NCBI GenBank assembly: GCA_963745235.1
Contig: CAVUXE010000084.1
Location: 27,507-91,506 of the forward strand
Direction: 5' to 3'
Length of the DNA stretch: 64,000 bases
Source: an uncultured Spirochaetota bacterium
GTDB taxonomy: Bacteria; Spirochaetota; Spirochaetia; SZUA-6; Fen-1364
Both the position numbers and the translations under genes were made by a program. The notes below the pieces were generated by a model. The model was given only the letters and a program-made list of their open reading frames with translations, had not been told where the DNA came from and did not search any database. Below are positions 1 through 8,953 of this stretch, one piece after another. Position 1 is the stretch's first letter, and each line of letters begins with the position of its first letter.

Positions 1-2169
1 GTTGTCGGTGCGGATGAACCAGCGAAGCATGCGGAACAGGAGCTCGTCACGCGTGCCGTAGTGCTCGATGAGGGTGGCATAATCCACGCGCGCCGCGTTG
101 TAGCGCGGAGAGTCGGCGCGGTCTTTCTCCGCCCCCGCCCAGTCCAGGTTGTTGTCCCCCGCGGCCAGGAGCGCGTCGAAGTCATACTGGTTCTTGTCGA
201 GGAGAATCTGCAGGAGGTCGTCCGCCTTCTTGAAGTCCGCAAGCCTTGTGGATTCCATGCGGGCATAGTCGAGAACGCCTTTCCTGTCTCCCGGGAAGTC
301 CCGCAGGAGCAGGTCGTATTTCTGCTCCGCCAGGATGTACTGGCGCTTGTCCGAGAACGCCTCCGCGTAGCGGTAGTACCACCGCTTGATGCGCTGGGCC
401 GCCCGCGCCCGCTCGAAGCTCTCGTTGGCGAGCGTGAAGCGGTCTCCCAGGACGTGGGTGTAGCCGATGCGGTAGTTCGCGACGGCGTACAGGGGACGGT
501 AGACCAGGCGATAGCCGAGAAAGCCGATGAGGGCGGCTGCAAGGACCGTGATGGCGAACAGCCGCACGATGGGATAGATGTTCTCCCGCAGCGCGTATGC
601 GAAGGAACGCTGCTCGGCCTCGAATGCCACCCCGGTTTTCTTTTCGTAGCCGGCGGGAACGACGATGCGCTTGCCGGTAATCCGCGAAACAACGGTCGCA
701 ATCTCCTGCGCCGCCGCACCCTGCACAAGGAGGGAGACCAGCCGGGTCAGCGCGGCGCCGGTTGCCGCTTCCTGCCCGATCACCCCTTCCACCGCCATTT
801 TCAGGTTGCGGGGGAGCGACTCGAGCGTCCGCTTCAGCCGATTGAACTGCTCCTGCGTGAGGGCGATCTCCGGCCCCGCGGCGCCAAGCTCGGGGAGAGG
901 GGCGGCCTCCCGCGGCGCTTCCCGAGCGGCGGCTGGCCGGGGCGGCGCTGGCCGCGGGGCCGGCTTTGGCGGAGCGGCTTCGGCCTCGGGTTGCGCCCCC
1001 GCTGCGAACTGGCCGGTGGGCTCCGCAAAGCTGAAGTCCTCCAGGTTGAGATCTCCCAGCCCCTCTTCGCCTGCGGTCTCGGAAGGTGGCCCGGCCGCCG
1101 GCTGCTCGGGGGTTTCCTCCACTGATGGGGATGGCGGCAGCTCCGCCGAAGCGGCGGGCGTCTCCTGCTCCACCGCGCCGAGATCGAAATCTTCGAGGGA
1201 CGGGATCTCCGCCTCTCCGCCTGGCTCCGGCAGGCCGGCTTCGGCCTGCTCTGCCTGGGGAGGTTCGCCTTCAGCGCCCGCAAGGGGCTCGGTCAGGCTG
1301 AGGTCCTCGAGGTTGGGAAGCTCGATGCCAGCAAGGACTTCCTCGGACGGGGCCTCCATGGACATGGCCTCTTCTGACGGAGGCCTTTCTGGAGGCGCCT
1401 CTGTCGGAATGGTCTCATCCAGGGGAGCCTCAGTCGAAACAGTCTCCGCCGGGAGGGCTTCACCCTCCTGCGTCGGTTCGGGCAACTCCCCGATATCCCC
1501 GAGCGGCTCACCGACTTCGGCGGGAAGCTCACCGACATCCCCGGACGGCTCCCCGACAGGCAACTCCCCGAGGTCGCTGGGAAGCTCCCCGAGGTCGCTG
1601 GGAAGCTCCCCGAGATCGCTGGGAAGCTCCCCGAGGTCGCCGGCCAGCCCCCCGACATCTTCAGGCAAGGCCTCCATCTGTGACAGGTCTGACTGCAGGG
1701 GTGCGGATTCGCTTTCAGGAAGGGAGAACTCATCCACGGCAGGCTCGGCCGGCTCTCCTGCGGCGCTTTCCGCCGGGCCGCCGAGGGAAGGCTCCAGATC
1801 CTCTATGGGCGGTGTCGTGGACTCATCCCCGAAGAGGGAACCGAAGTCGAGCCCGCTCTCTTCGGGTGCGGGCCCTGGCTCTCCCTCTGTCTCCGGCTGC
1901 GCGGAGGGGGGCCCCGTCTGCGCGCCCGAGTCGAGGTCATCAAGGCTCGAGAGGTCAAGACCGAAGTCCTGAGGGCCTTCCTCGGCTCCTTCTGGAATCG
2001 GGGGTGGGGGTTCCTCGATTGGAACGCCGGCGCCGCCAGGCTCGGGAAGAGCTTCTTCCGGGGGCCGCACGTCCTCGATGGCCTGCGACCTTCGCGCCAT
2101 GATCTCCGGCTCTCCGCCGAGGGAGTTCAAGACCTCCTTGAACTTCTCGATATCCTCTTTGCGCGGCAA
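1..2169 (-). CDS. flcA: Periplasmic flagellar collar protein FlcA-like, TPR-type (3' end runs off the window)
   Basis: Absent from the ORF track. TTG start at 2169 with AGGAG upstream, reading MPRKEDIEKFKEVLNSLGGEPE. An acidic Pro/Glu-rich region and a hydrophobic segment follow. The same frame reads HYGTRDELLFRMLRWFIRTDN at position 1. Architecture matches spirochaete FlcA. Confidence 0.75.
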   Translation of the reverse strand, partial: MPRKEDIEKFKEVLNSLGGEPEIMARRSQAIEDVRPPEEALPEPGGAGVPIEEPPPPIPEGAEEGPQDFGLDLSSLDDLDSGAQTGPPSAQPETEGEPGPAPEESGLDFGSLFGDESTTPPIEDLEPSLGGPAESAAGEPAEPAVDEFSLPESESAPLQSDLSQMEALPEDVGGLAGDLGELPSDLGELPSDLGELPSDLGELPVGEPSGDVGELPAEVGEPLGDIGELPEPTQEGEALPAETVSTEAPLDETIPTEAPPERPPSEEAMSMEAPSEEVLAGIELPNLEDLSLTEPLAGAEGEPPQAEQAEAGLPEPGGEAEIPSLEDFDLGAVEQETPAASAELPPSPSVEETPEQPAAGPPSETAGEEGLGDLNLEDFSFAEPTGQFAAGAQPEAEAAPPKPAPRPAPPRPAAAREAPREAAPLPELGAAGPEIALTQEQFNRLKRTLESLPRNLKMAVEGVIGQEAATGAALTRLVSLLVQGAAAQEIATVVSRITGKRIVVPAGYEKKTGVAFEAEQRSFAYALRENIYPIVRLFAITVLAAALIGFLGYRLVYRPLYAVANYRIGYTHVLGDRFTLANESFERARAAQRIKRWYYRYAEAFSDKRQYILAEQKYDLLLRDFPGDRKGVLDYARMESTRLADFKKADDLLQILLDKNQYDFDALLAAGDNNLDWAGAEKDRADSPRYNAARVDYATLIEHYGTRDELLFRMLRWFIRTDN
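1564..1640. repeat. 21-bp tandem repeat, about 3.7 copies, encoding (LPSDLGE)n in flcA
   Basis: Unit CTCCCCGAGGTCGCTGGGAAG starts at 1564, 1585, 1606 (one mismatch) and 1627 (partial). Confidence 0.95.
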
Positions 2170-2245
2170 CTCGTCTCCTGATTCAAGTCTCGGCCAAACG
2201 ACATCGTCCCATGATTCAAGTCAGGCCAGCTCCCAGCCGAGACTT

Positions 2246-2273
2246 ATTATAAACAAAAGGCCCAGGACGTCCA
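2246..2273 (-). promoter_or_regulatory. Sigma70-like promoter for flcA
   Basis: Minus strand reads TGGACG-N16-TATAAT. Confidence 0.5.
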
Positions 2274-2275
2274 CA

Positions 2276-3055
2276 GTGAAGAAGAAGAACAGCAAGGGCG
2301 ACAGCGCACCTCTCCCCGAGATTCCACGCAGGAAAAGGGTTTCCCTCCTGCGCTGCCTCCTTCTCGCATGCATGGTGGCCGGCGCGGCCGCGCGCGCCTT
2401 CGCCGCCCAGCCCTTGACCCTTGACCTCTCTCTCAACGGCCTGATGGAGGCACAGCCTCCGCATCTCGTGGATGACGTGCTGATCCTGAGCTACAAGCCT
2501 GCGCGCGGAACGGATGCGCGGTTCGTGGGCGCCCGTTTCGAGACCGAGGACTACGCGGTCCTCCATTCTTTTTCCCGCAACCGCTACGGGGTTTTTGTCC
2601 TGGACTTCGAGCTTCCCGAAAACGTCCGGCAGGTCCGCTACCGCATGGTGGTGGACGGGCAGTGGCTGAGCGATCCCACGAACCTCCAGGCGGAAACGGA
2701 CGACCAGGGGAACCTCATCTCGCTTTTCACCGTGGAGAAGGAGCCCGTGCGGCCCGTCTTGAATCCGCGCCGGGAAGCCGATGGCAGCGTGACCTTCGTT
2801 TTCCACGGCCAGCCGGGCCGGCGGGTGACAATCCAGGGTGATTTCAACAACTGGGATCCCTTCACGAGCCAGCTCGTGGAAACCACACCCGGTGTCTACC
2901 GCATCACGCTTCGGCTCCTCCCCGGAGGACACTGGTACCGGTTCTTCACCGACGGCAGAAGGCTTCTGGACACCTACAACTCGGATACGGCCCGCGCCCC
3001 TGACGGCCAGCCGGTGAGCTATTTCGAGGTCTATCCCGCGCCCACGGACCCGTGA
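2276..3055 (+). CDS. Exported glycogen-binding domain protein with two CBM48/AMPK-beta-like modules
   Basis: Signal-like segment LLRCLLLACMVAGAAARAFA, then YRMVVDGQWLSDP and VTIQGDFNNWDP...YRFFTDG motifs. GTG start is approximate. Confidence 0.75.
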   Translation: MKKKNSKGDSAPLPEIPRRKRVSLLRCLLLACMVAGAAARAFAAQPLTLDLSLNGLMEAQPPHLVDDVLILSYKPARGTDARFVGARFETEDYAVLHSFSRNRYGVFVLDFELPENVRQVRYRMVVDGQWLSDPTNLQAETDDQGNLISLFTVEKEPVRPVLNPRREADGSVTFVFHGQPGRRVTIQGDFNNWDPFTSQLVETTPGVYRITLRLLPGGHWYRFFTDGRRLLDTYNSDTARAPDGQPVSYFEVYPAPTDP

Positions 3056-3106
3056 TGCGCGGGTGCGCGCCCTGACGGCGGGGCTCGCCGGCGCCCGCAA
3101 TGACCG

Positions 3107-3670
3107 TCAGTAGCGTGTCCCCCACGAGTTCATCCACAGGATCGAATCCAGCGGTTTCCTGATCTTCCGTCTTCCCTGCTGGCCTTCGGTCGGGTAGCCC
3201 AGGGCAAGGAGGCAGACGACGCGCACGTGAAGCGGCGCGCCCAGGGCCCTGCGCGCGCGCCTCCTGTTGAACCACCCGATCCAGCATGTTCCCAGCCCCA
3301 GCTCGGCGGCGCGAAGCGCCAGGTGCTCCCCCGCAATGCCGCAGTCAAGCTGGTACATCGCGCTGTCCTTGAGCGATTGCGCCGCCGCCGCAAGGCCTGC
3401 CCTTTCGGCGCACAACGCTATGATCACGGGTGCGGCAGCCGCGAACCGGGTGCGGGAGAAGATGCCGGAAAAGCACGCGCGGGAGAGCGCTTCACGGGCC
3501 GTCGCATCCTTGACCACCACGAACCGCCACGGCTGGCCGTTGCTCGCGGACGGGGCGAGGCGCGCTGCCTCGATCACCGCAAGGATGTCCTTGTCCGAGA
3601 CCGGCTGCTCCGTGTAGCGGCGGACGCTGGAACGCGCGAGGATCAGCGCCTCCAGGGCGGAGGCGCTCAT
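3107..3670 (-). CDS. Nitroreductase family protein
   Basis: RSSVRRY, APSASNGQPWRF, DCGIA and LGLGTCWIG motifs. Confidence 0.9.
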   Translation of the reverse strand: MSASALEALILARSSVRRYTEQPVSDKDILAVIEAARLAPSASNGQPWRFVVVKDATAREALSRACFSGIFSRTRFAAAAPVIIALCAERAGLAAAAQSLKDSAMYQLDCGIAGEHLALRAAELGLGTCWIGWFNRRRARRALGAPLHVRVVCLLALGYPTEGQQGRRKIRKPLDSILWMNSWGTRY

Positions 3671-4956
3671 ACGACGGCGCCCTGCCGGACCGTAACTGCC
3701 GCCCGGAGGTTGTGCGCCTCTTCCTTCAGCCGGTGGATCGAGTCAAACCATTTCAATGCGCTCTCATGGCGGAAAGGGACCCGGTACAGCTTGCTCTCGA
3801 AGGTGAAGTGCAGCTTGTCTCCCGGGTCAACCGACAGCGCACCGATGCCTCCCAGGGGAGCGGCGAAGGAAATGCCCAGCCGCGTGCGGAAAAGAAGGCG
3901 ATGGTTCGTCAGGAAAGCGCGGCCGAATGCGAAAACCCTGAGGTTGGGAAACTTCTCCTGCTTGAACAGGAAGTGGGGACGCGAGATGAGGTAGACCTGC
4001 TCATCCGGACCAAGACCGAGGCGCGCCTCGGTGCGGATGGGAGTGAACGGCATGGTCCTGATGCGGGCATAGTGCTGGGGGAGGCTGGTCCAGATCCCTT
4101 CCGGCTTTCCCTCCTCGTCAGCGGGAGACAGGCGGCAGGTGACATCGATTACCCATGAGGAGAAGCAGCTCGAGCACTCCACCCTGTTCGTGCTGAACGG
4201 CCGAACAACCTTCAACCCCTCCAGCGTTCCGCAGCTCGGGCAGCGGTAGAGCACGTGGGTCACGTCGACTGCAAGGCCCTTGTACGGGTACCGGGAGGCA
4301 TCCACCGAGAGACCGTAATCCGCGCTCTGAATGGCTTCCGCGACGTCATGGGAAATCCGCTCGTCATCCTCCGGGATCTCCTCCGGCCTGTAGAGCCGGG
4401 AAAACACTGCCCTGACGGGGAACCGCCGCCACCGCCTGGCCCAGCGGGGATACACGAAGTAGGCGCCGTCGAAACGGCAGACGTAGACGGGAGCTCCCAG
4501 CTTCCTGATGAGCTTTGCAATCCCCGGGGATATGGGCTGGACGGTTCCGTCCCAGGTCCTGACACCCTCGGGAAACACGCCGATGAGCCCGCCCCTCTTC
4601 GCAATGGAGAATATGGAGCGAAGCGCGCTCATGTCGGAGGCCGCCTTGCGCTTCGGAAAGGCGCCAAACCATCGGATGAACCGCCCCAGGGCGCGCTGGC
4701 GAAACAGGTCCTCCGTTGCGGCGAAGTACACGGGGCGCCTGAGCAGGACGTACAGCCAGATGGGATCAAACAGCGTGGTGTGATTGGCGAGGATCAGGCC
4801 GGCCCCGGTTTCCGGGACCACGCCTGGGTTGACCGAGTCGAGCTGGAAGTACCGGATGATGAAGCCGCGCAGTATGGAGGTCATGACCCGATAGAAAATC
4901 CGGTTGACCAGCCGGACCTTCGTGAAGGCTTCAGACGATGCGATCGGCTCGCTCAT
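3667..4956 (-). CDS. Lysophospholipid (PlsC-family) acyltransferase with C-terminal Cys-rich extension
   Basis: NHTTLFD (HxxxxD) and FPEGVR motifs, plus CPSC...CSSC. Confidence 0.85.
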   Translation of the reverse strand: MSEPIASSEAFTKVRLVNRIFYRVMTSILRGFIIRYFQLDSVNPGVVPETGAGLILANHTTLFDPIWLYVLLRRPVYFAATEDLFRQRALGRFIRWFGAFPKRKAASDMSALRSIFSIAKRGGLIGVFPEGVRTWDGTVQPISPGIAKLIRKLGAPVYVCRFDGAYFVYPRWARRWRRFPVRAVFSRLYRPEEIPEDDERISHDVAEAIQSADYGLSVDASRYPYKGLAVDVTHVLYRCPSCGTLEGLKVVRPFSTNRVECSSCFSSWVIDVTCRLSPADEEGKPEGIWTSLPQHYARIRTMPFTPIRTEARLGLGPDEQVYLISRPHFLFKQEKFPNLRVFAFGRAFLTNHRLLFRTRLGISFAAPLGGIGALSVDPGDKLHFTFESKLYRVPFRHESALKWFDSIHRLKEEAHNLRAAVTVRQGAVV

Positions 4957-5011
4957 CGGGTGCAAAGATACTGATTCACGCAGGAGTGCGCAATGGCCCG
5001 CGCGGGGCGAC

Positions 5012-8000
5012 TCAGGAGCACCCCGTGGTGGAACCGCAGGTGTCGCAGCGCAGGCAGGTGCCGCTTCTCAGAAGCGTGAAATGGCCGCAGACGGGACAGC
5101 CATCCCCCTCGTAGCCTTTCATCCTGGCCACGTGCACCTCGTTGTCCAGCGCCACGAGCTCCCCGTTGCCGTTCATCTCGTGCTTCGAGCTGCCGTTCTT
5201 GTTCATTGCGGTCGGGGTCAGGTCGTCCGGCTTCACCTGGACGAGGTCTGTCCTGCCGAGGTACGACAGCGCGAGGTCCCGGAAGATGAAGTCGAGCACC
5301 GAGGTGGTCATCTTGATGTGGTCATGCGCGCTGACAATGCCGTTGGGCTCGAACCGGGTGAAGGTGAACGCGTCCACGAACTCCTCCAGGGGCACCCCGT
5401 ACTGGAGGCCCAGGGAGACCGCGATGGCAAAGCTGTTGAGGAGCGACCGGAAAGCGGCGCCCTCCTTGTGCATGTCGAGGAATATTTCCCCCAGGGTCCC
5501 GTCCTCGTACTGGCCCGTGCGCACGAAGATGCTGTGCCCGCCGATCTTTGCTTTCTGCGTGTACCCGAAGCGCTTTGACGGAAGGGGATTTCGCTTCTTT
5601 CCCCGGGTCACCGAGGATGCAACGAGGCCGATGGGCTCCTTGCCCGCGTCTTTCATGATGGCGAGCACCGCCTCCGCCGTTGCATCCGTCCCCGGCATGA
5701 GGGCGGAAAGGGGCTGGCTCAGCTTGGAACCGTCCCGGTACAGCGCAATTGCCTTGAGCATCTTCCTCCAGGAAAGGAGATAGGCGCCCTTGATTTCGTC
5801 CACCGTGGAGACAGACGGCATGTTGATCGTCTTGGAGATTGCCCCCGAGATGAAAGGCTGCACCGCCGCCATCATCTCGATATGCGCCTTCCAGGCGATG
5901 GAGCGCTTCCCGATCCTGCCGTTGGGGTTGGCGGTGTCGAACACGGCGTAGTGCTCGGGCTGCAGGTGCGGCGCGCCCTCGATGGTCATTGTGCCGCACG
6001 CCCAGAGGTTTGTCGCCTCGATCTCCTTCGCGTTGAACCCGAGGTGCGCCAGGAGGTTGAACCCGGGCAGGGAGAACGTGGCCTCGGGAATCTGCAGCGT
6101 TTCGGCAAGGAACTCCCTGCCGAGAACGCCGGGCTGGAAGGAATAGTCGATGGAAAATGCGTTGGCAAGAGAGGCGTTTATCTTCTGTATCTCCGTGTCG
6201 CTGAACCCCTTTTCCCGCAGCTTCTCCGAAGAGACGCCGGGAGCCCCGTCAAGGGTCCCCCTGCCCAGGCAGTAGCGCTCGATGTCCTGGATCTGTTCCT
6301 CGCTGTAGCCAAGCTTGTGAAGGGCGGGGGGAATGGAGGTGTTGATGATCTTGAAGTAGCCTCCGCCGGCGAGCTTCTTGAACTTCACCAGGCTGAAGTC
6401 AGGCTCCACCCCCGTGGTGTCGCAGTCCATGACAAGGCCGATGGTTCCCGTGGGCGCGATGGCCGTGACCTGGGCGTTGCGATACCCGTACTTTTCACCG
6501 AGTGCAAGGGCCCTGTCCCACGCCCGGCGGGCGGCCGCCATGAGGTCAGGCGGGCAGAACAGGGCGTCAATGGGCTGGGGAATGACGGAAAGACCCTCAT
6601 ACTCCTCGGGAGCCGCCCCGTAGGCGGCCCGTCCGTGGTTCCTGATGACGCGAAGCATGTCTTCCCGGTTTGCGGCAAACCGGGGGAATGCTCCCAGCTC
6701 CGCCGCCATCTCGGCGGAGGTGGCGTACGCCTCCGCGGACAGGATGGCGGAAATGGCCGCCGCAATGGCGCGTCCCTCCGCGCTGTCGTAGGGAATCCCC
6801 ATCACCATGAGGAGCGTCCCGAGGTTCGCGTACCCGAGCCCGAGGGTGCGGAAGTCGAAGCTCTTGCGCGCGATCTCCCGAGCGGGGAACTGCGCCATGA
6901 GCACGCTGATCTCCAGCGTGATGGTCCAGAGGCGTATGGCGTGGCGCAGCTCGTCGATCCTGACCTCTCCCTTCTCCATGTCGTAGAAGGTCATCAGGTT
7001 GAGCGATGCCAGGTTGCACGCGGTGTCATCCAGGAACATGTATTCGGAGCAGGGGTTCGAGGCCCTGATCTCTCCGTCTTTCGGGCAGGTGTGCCAGTCG
7101 TTGATGGTGGTGTGGAACTGGAGGCCGGGGTCGGCGCAGAGCCACGCCGCGGTGGCGATCCGATCCCAGATCTCACGGGCGCGGATTTTCTGGCGGGACT
7201 TCCCGTCCGTGCGGTTGACGAGCTCCCACCACCCGTCATCCATCACGGCCTTCATGAACGCATCCGAGAGGCGCAGCGAGTTGTTGGAGGACTGACCGCT
7301 CACCGTGTTGTACGCTTCGCTGTCCCAGTCCGTGGTGTACTCTTCCGGCTCGAAGTCCCAGATGCCCTGCTCAGCGAGCTGGATCACCTGGAACACCCAG
7401 GAGGGCAGGACCTCGTCCTGGAGGGCTTCCCTCACCGCCCGCTCGAGCTCGCGGTTTTTCCTGGGATCAAATCTTGCCGCCCCGTCTCCGTTGTCACCGG
7501 CGTCCGGCTCGCCCTTGCAGGCCTCCAGGATTCGCTTCGTGTGCTTGCGGAGGAGCCTGCTGCCCGTGACCATGGCGGCAACCTTGCGCTCCTCCTGCGC
7601 CTTCCAGTCGATGTACTTCAGGACGTCGGGATGATCTGCGTCCAGGGTCACCATGCGAGCGGCGCGCCGCGTGGTGCCTCCGCTCTTGATGGAGGAGGCG
7701 GAGCGGTCGCTCACCTTGAGGAAAGACAGGAGACCGGACGAGACGCCACCGCCGGAAAGCGGCTCGCTGGAGGCGCGCAGCTTCGAGTAGTTGGTGCCTG
7801 TTCCCGAGCCGTACTTGAAGAGGCGCGCCTCACGCGTGATGAGGTCCATGATGCCGCCCTCGTTCACGAGGTCATCCTCTATGGAGAGGATGAAGCAGTT
7901 GTGGACGATGACATTGTTCGAGAGGTATTGCCCGCTCAGTGTCTGAATATCGTAGACGCGCATGAGCCCCGCGAGCTCGAGGCGGACCACTGCCTCCTGG

Positions 8001-8878
8001 CGAAGTCCCTGCAGCGTACTGACGCGGTGGCGCACGCCGTCAGGCCGGCCGCCAATCCCGCTGGCGGTCGAAAGGTGGAGCCGCATACCCGGGGCAAGCT
8101 CGCCAACCGGGACCCATTGCGCACCTTGGCGCAGCTCATGCGAGGCGAGGACCAGGTGGTCCCCTGTCGCCTCGATGGCGGCCCCGTTCCTGAGCACGAC
8201 GCGCAACACGGGTTTGACCCCGTTTTCCTTGACCGCCATGACGCGGGTCGTGCCTTTTCCATCGTCTGTGCCGTCGTAGACTTCGAGACCGATCAAACCT
8301 CCCTCTACGATTGAACCGATGGCGACTGGACCGAAAGGCGTGGAAACAGGCGCATGCCAGGGCTGGCACGCATGCGGCTGCGGGCGCTCGTACGCGCTGG
8401 TCGACCTCTTTACTTCCGCGGTCTTGGGGTCCACGTAGTAGTGGCCCTGGGCCGGACCGTTGATCCCGTACACGGCGAACAGACCGGTGTTGAACCACTG
8501 CGGCGAGTTGGGAGAGCCCATCTGGTGGGCGAGCATGAAGCACATCTCGTCGTAGTAGGCCTGCGCATCCTCCGCGGAGGAGAAGTAGCCGTATTTCCTG
8601 CCCCAGTCCATCCAGGTGAAGGCGAGCCGATGGAAGACTTGCCGGGCGTCATTCTCACCGCTCGTGGAGCCGTCCTTCTGGGGCACGCCGCGCTTGCGGA
8701 AGTATTTCTGGGCAAGGATGTCGGCCGCTATCTGCGACCAGAACGTCGGGACAAGGACGTTCTCCTGGCGGAAGATGTGCTTGCCGTCAGGGTTGCGGAT
8801 CTCCGAGGTGCGCGACTCGAAAGAAATATCTTTATACGGGGATTCCCCCGCGCGAGTGAAGCGCCGCTCAATCTCCAT
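5012..8878 (-). CDS. nrdJ: Adenosylcobalamin-dependent (class II) ribonucleotide reductase containing an intein
   Basis: [16 protein letters not shown] and APTGTI motifs, a TSCPD-like domain and a C-terminal CPVC...[11 protein letters not shown] zinc ribbon. Confidence 0.95.
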   Translation of the reverse strand: MEIERRFTRAGESPYKDISFESRTSEIRNPDGKHIFRQENVLVPTFWSQIAADILAQKYFRKRGVPQKDGSTSGENDARQVFHRLAFTWMDWGRKYGYFSSAEDAQAYYDEMCFMLAHQMGSPNSPQWFNTGLFAVYGINGPAQGHYYVDPKTAEVKRSTSAYERPQPHACQPWHAPVSTPFGPVAIGSIVEGGLIGLEVYDGTDDGKGTTRVMAVKENGVKPVLRVVLRNGAAIEATGDHLVLASHELRQGAQWVPVGELAPGMRLHLSTASGIGGRPDGVRHRVSTLQGLRQEAVVRLELAGLMRVYDIQTLSGQYLSNNVIVHNCFILSIEDDLVNEGGIMDLITREARLFKYGSGTGTNYSKLRASSEPLSGGGVSSGLLSFLKVSDRSASSIKSGGTTRRAARMVTLDADHPDVLKYIDWKAQEERKVAAMVTGSRLLRKHTKRILEACKGEPDAGDNGDGAARFDPRKNRELERAVREALQDEVLPSWVFQVIQLAEQGIWDFEPEEYTTDWDSEAYNTVSGQSSNNSLRLSDAFMKAVMDDGWWELVNRTDGKSRQKIRAREIWDRIATAAWLCADPGLQFHTTINDWHTCPKDGEIRASNPCSEYMFLDDTACNLASLNLMTFYDMEKGEVRIDELRHAIRLWTITLEISVLMAQFPAREIARKSFDFRTLGLGYANLGTLLMVMGIPYDSAEGRAIAAAISAILSAEAYATSAEMAAELGAFPRFAANREDMLRVIRNHGRAAYGAAPEEYEGLSVIPQPIDALFCPPDLMAAARRAWDRALALGEKYGYRNAQVTAIAPTGTIGLVMDCDTTGVEPDFSLVKFKKLAGGGYFKIINTSIPPALHKLGYSEEQIQDIERYCLGRGTLDGAPGVSSEKLREKGFSDTEIQKINASLANAFSIDYSFQPGVLGREFLAETLQIPEATFSLPGFNLLAHLGFNAKEIEATNLWACGTMTIEGAPHLQPEHYAVFDTANPNGRIGKRSIAWKAHIEMMAAVQPFISGAISKTINMPSVSTVDEIKGAYLLSWRKMLKAIALYRDGSKLSQPLSALMPGTDATAEAVLAIMKDAGKEPIGLVASSVTRGKKRNPLPSKRFGYTQKAKIGGHSIFVRTGQYEDGTLGEIFLDMHKEGAAFRSLLNSFAIAVSLGLQYGVPLEEFVDAFTFTRFEPNGIVSAHDHIKMTTSVLDFIFRDLALSYLGRTDLVQVKPDDLTPTAMNKNGSSKHEMNGNGELVALDNEVHVARMKGYEGDGCPVCGHFTLLRSGTCLRCDTCGSTTGCS
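7898..8368 (-). mobile_element. Mini-intein (157 aa) in NrdJ, without homing endonuclease
   Basis: Interrupts conserved PQPHA|CFIL. Begins CQPWH, has block B ATGDH, ends VYDIQT...VIVHN, with +1 Cys. Confidence 0.93.
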
Positions 8879-8916
8879 AGTTCCCCTCCACTGGAAATTC
8901 GGCGAGACAATCTACT

Positions 8917-8945
8917 AGTGTAACCGATGGGGTCAGCCCAGGCAA
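8917..8945 (-). promoter_or_regulatory. Sigma70-like promoter for nrdJ
   Basis: TTGCCT-N17-TACACT on the minus strand, with SD GGAGG before the ATG. Confidence 0.6.
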
Positions 8946-8953
8946 GAGGAAAA

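Noticed and set aside
1564-1640. Short repeats as a possible CRISPR array (also 56063-56104)
   Set aside because: The units are contiguous, with no spacers and no cas genes.
61-1972. Long plus-strand ORFs 61-1125 and 665-1972
   Set aside because: They are antisense shadows of the flcA-like gene. The Ser/Gly-rich composition is what the reverse of an acidic, Pro-rich gene gives.
5882-8314. 810-aa plus-strand ORF, and similar long antisense ORFs elsewhere
   Set aside because: It is the mirror frame of nrdJ in high-GC DNA and has no recognisable motifs.
8905-8921. NrdR-box-like AGACAATCTACTAGTGT upstream of nrdJ
   Set aside because: It is one base longer than the 16-bp consensus, single rather than tandem, and overlaps the -10 element. 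Too weak to call.
8879-8953. Cobalamin riboswitch before the B12-dependent RNR
   Set aside because: The intergenic region is only 75 bp and has no B12-box.
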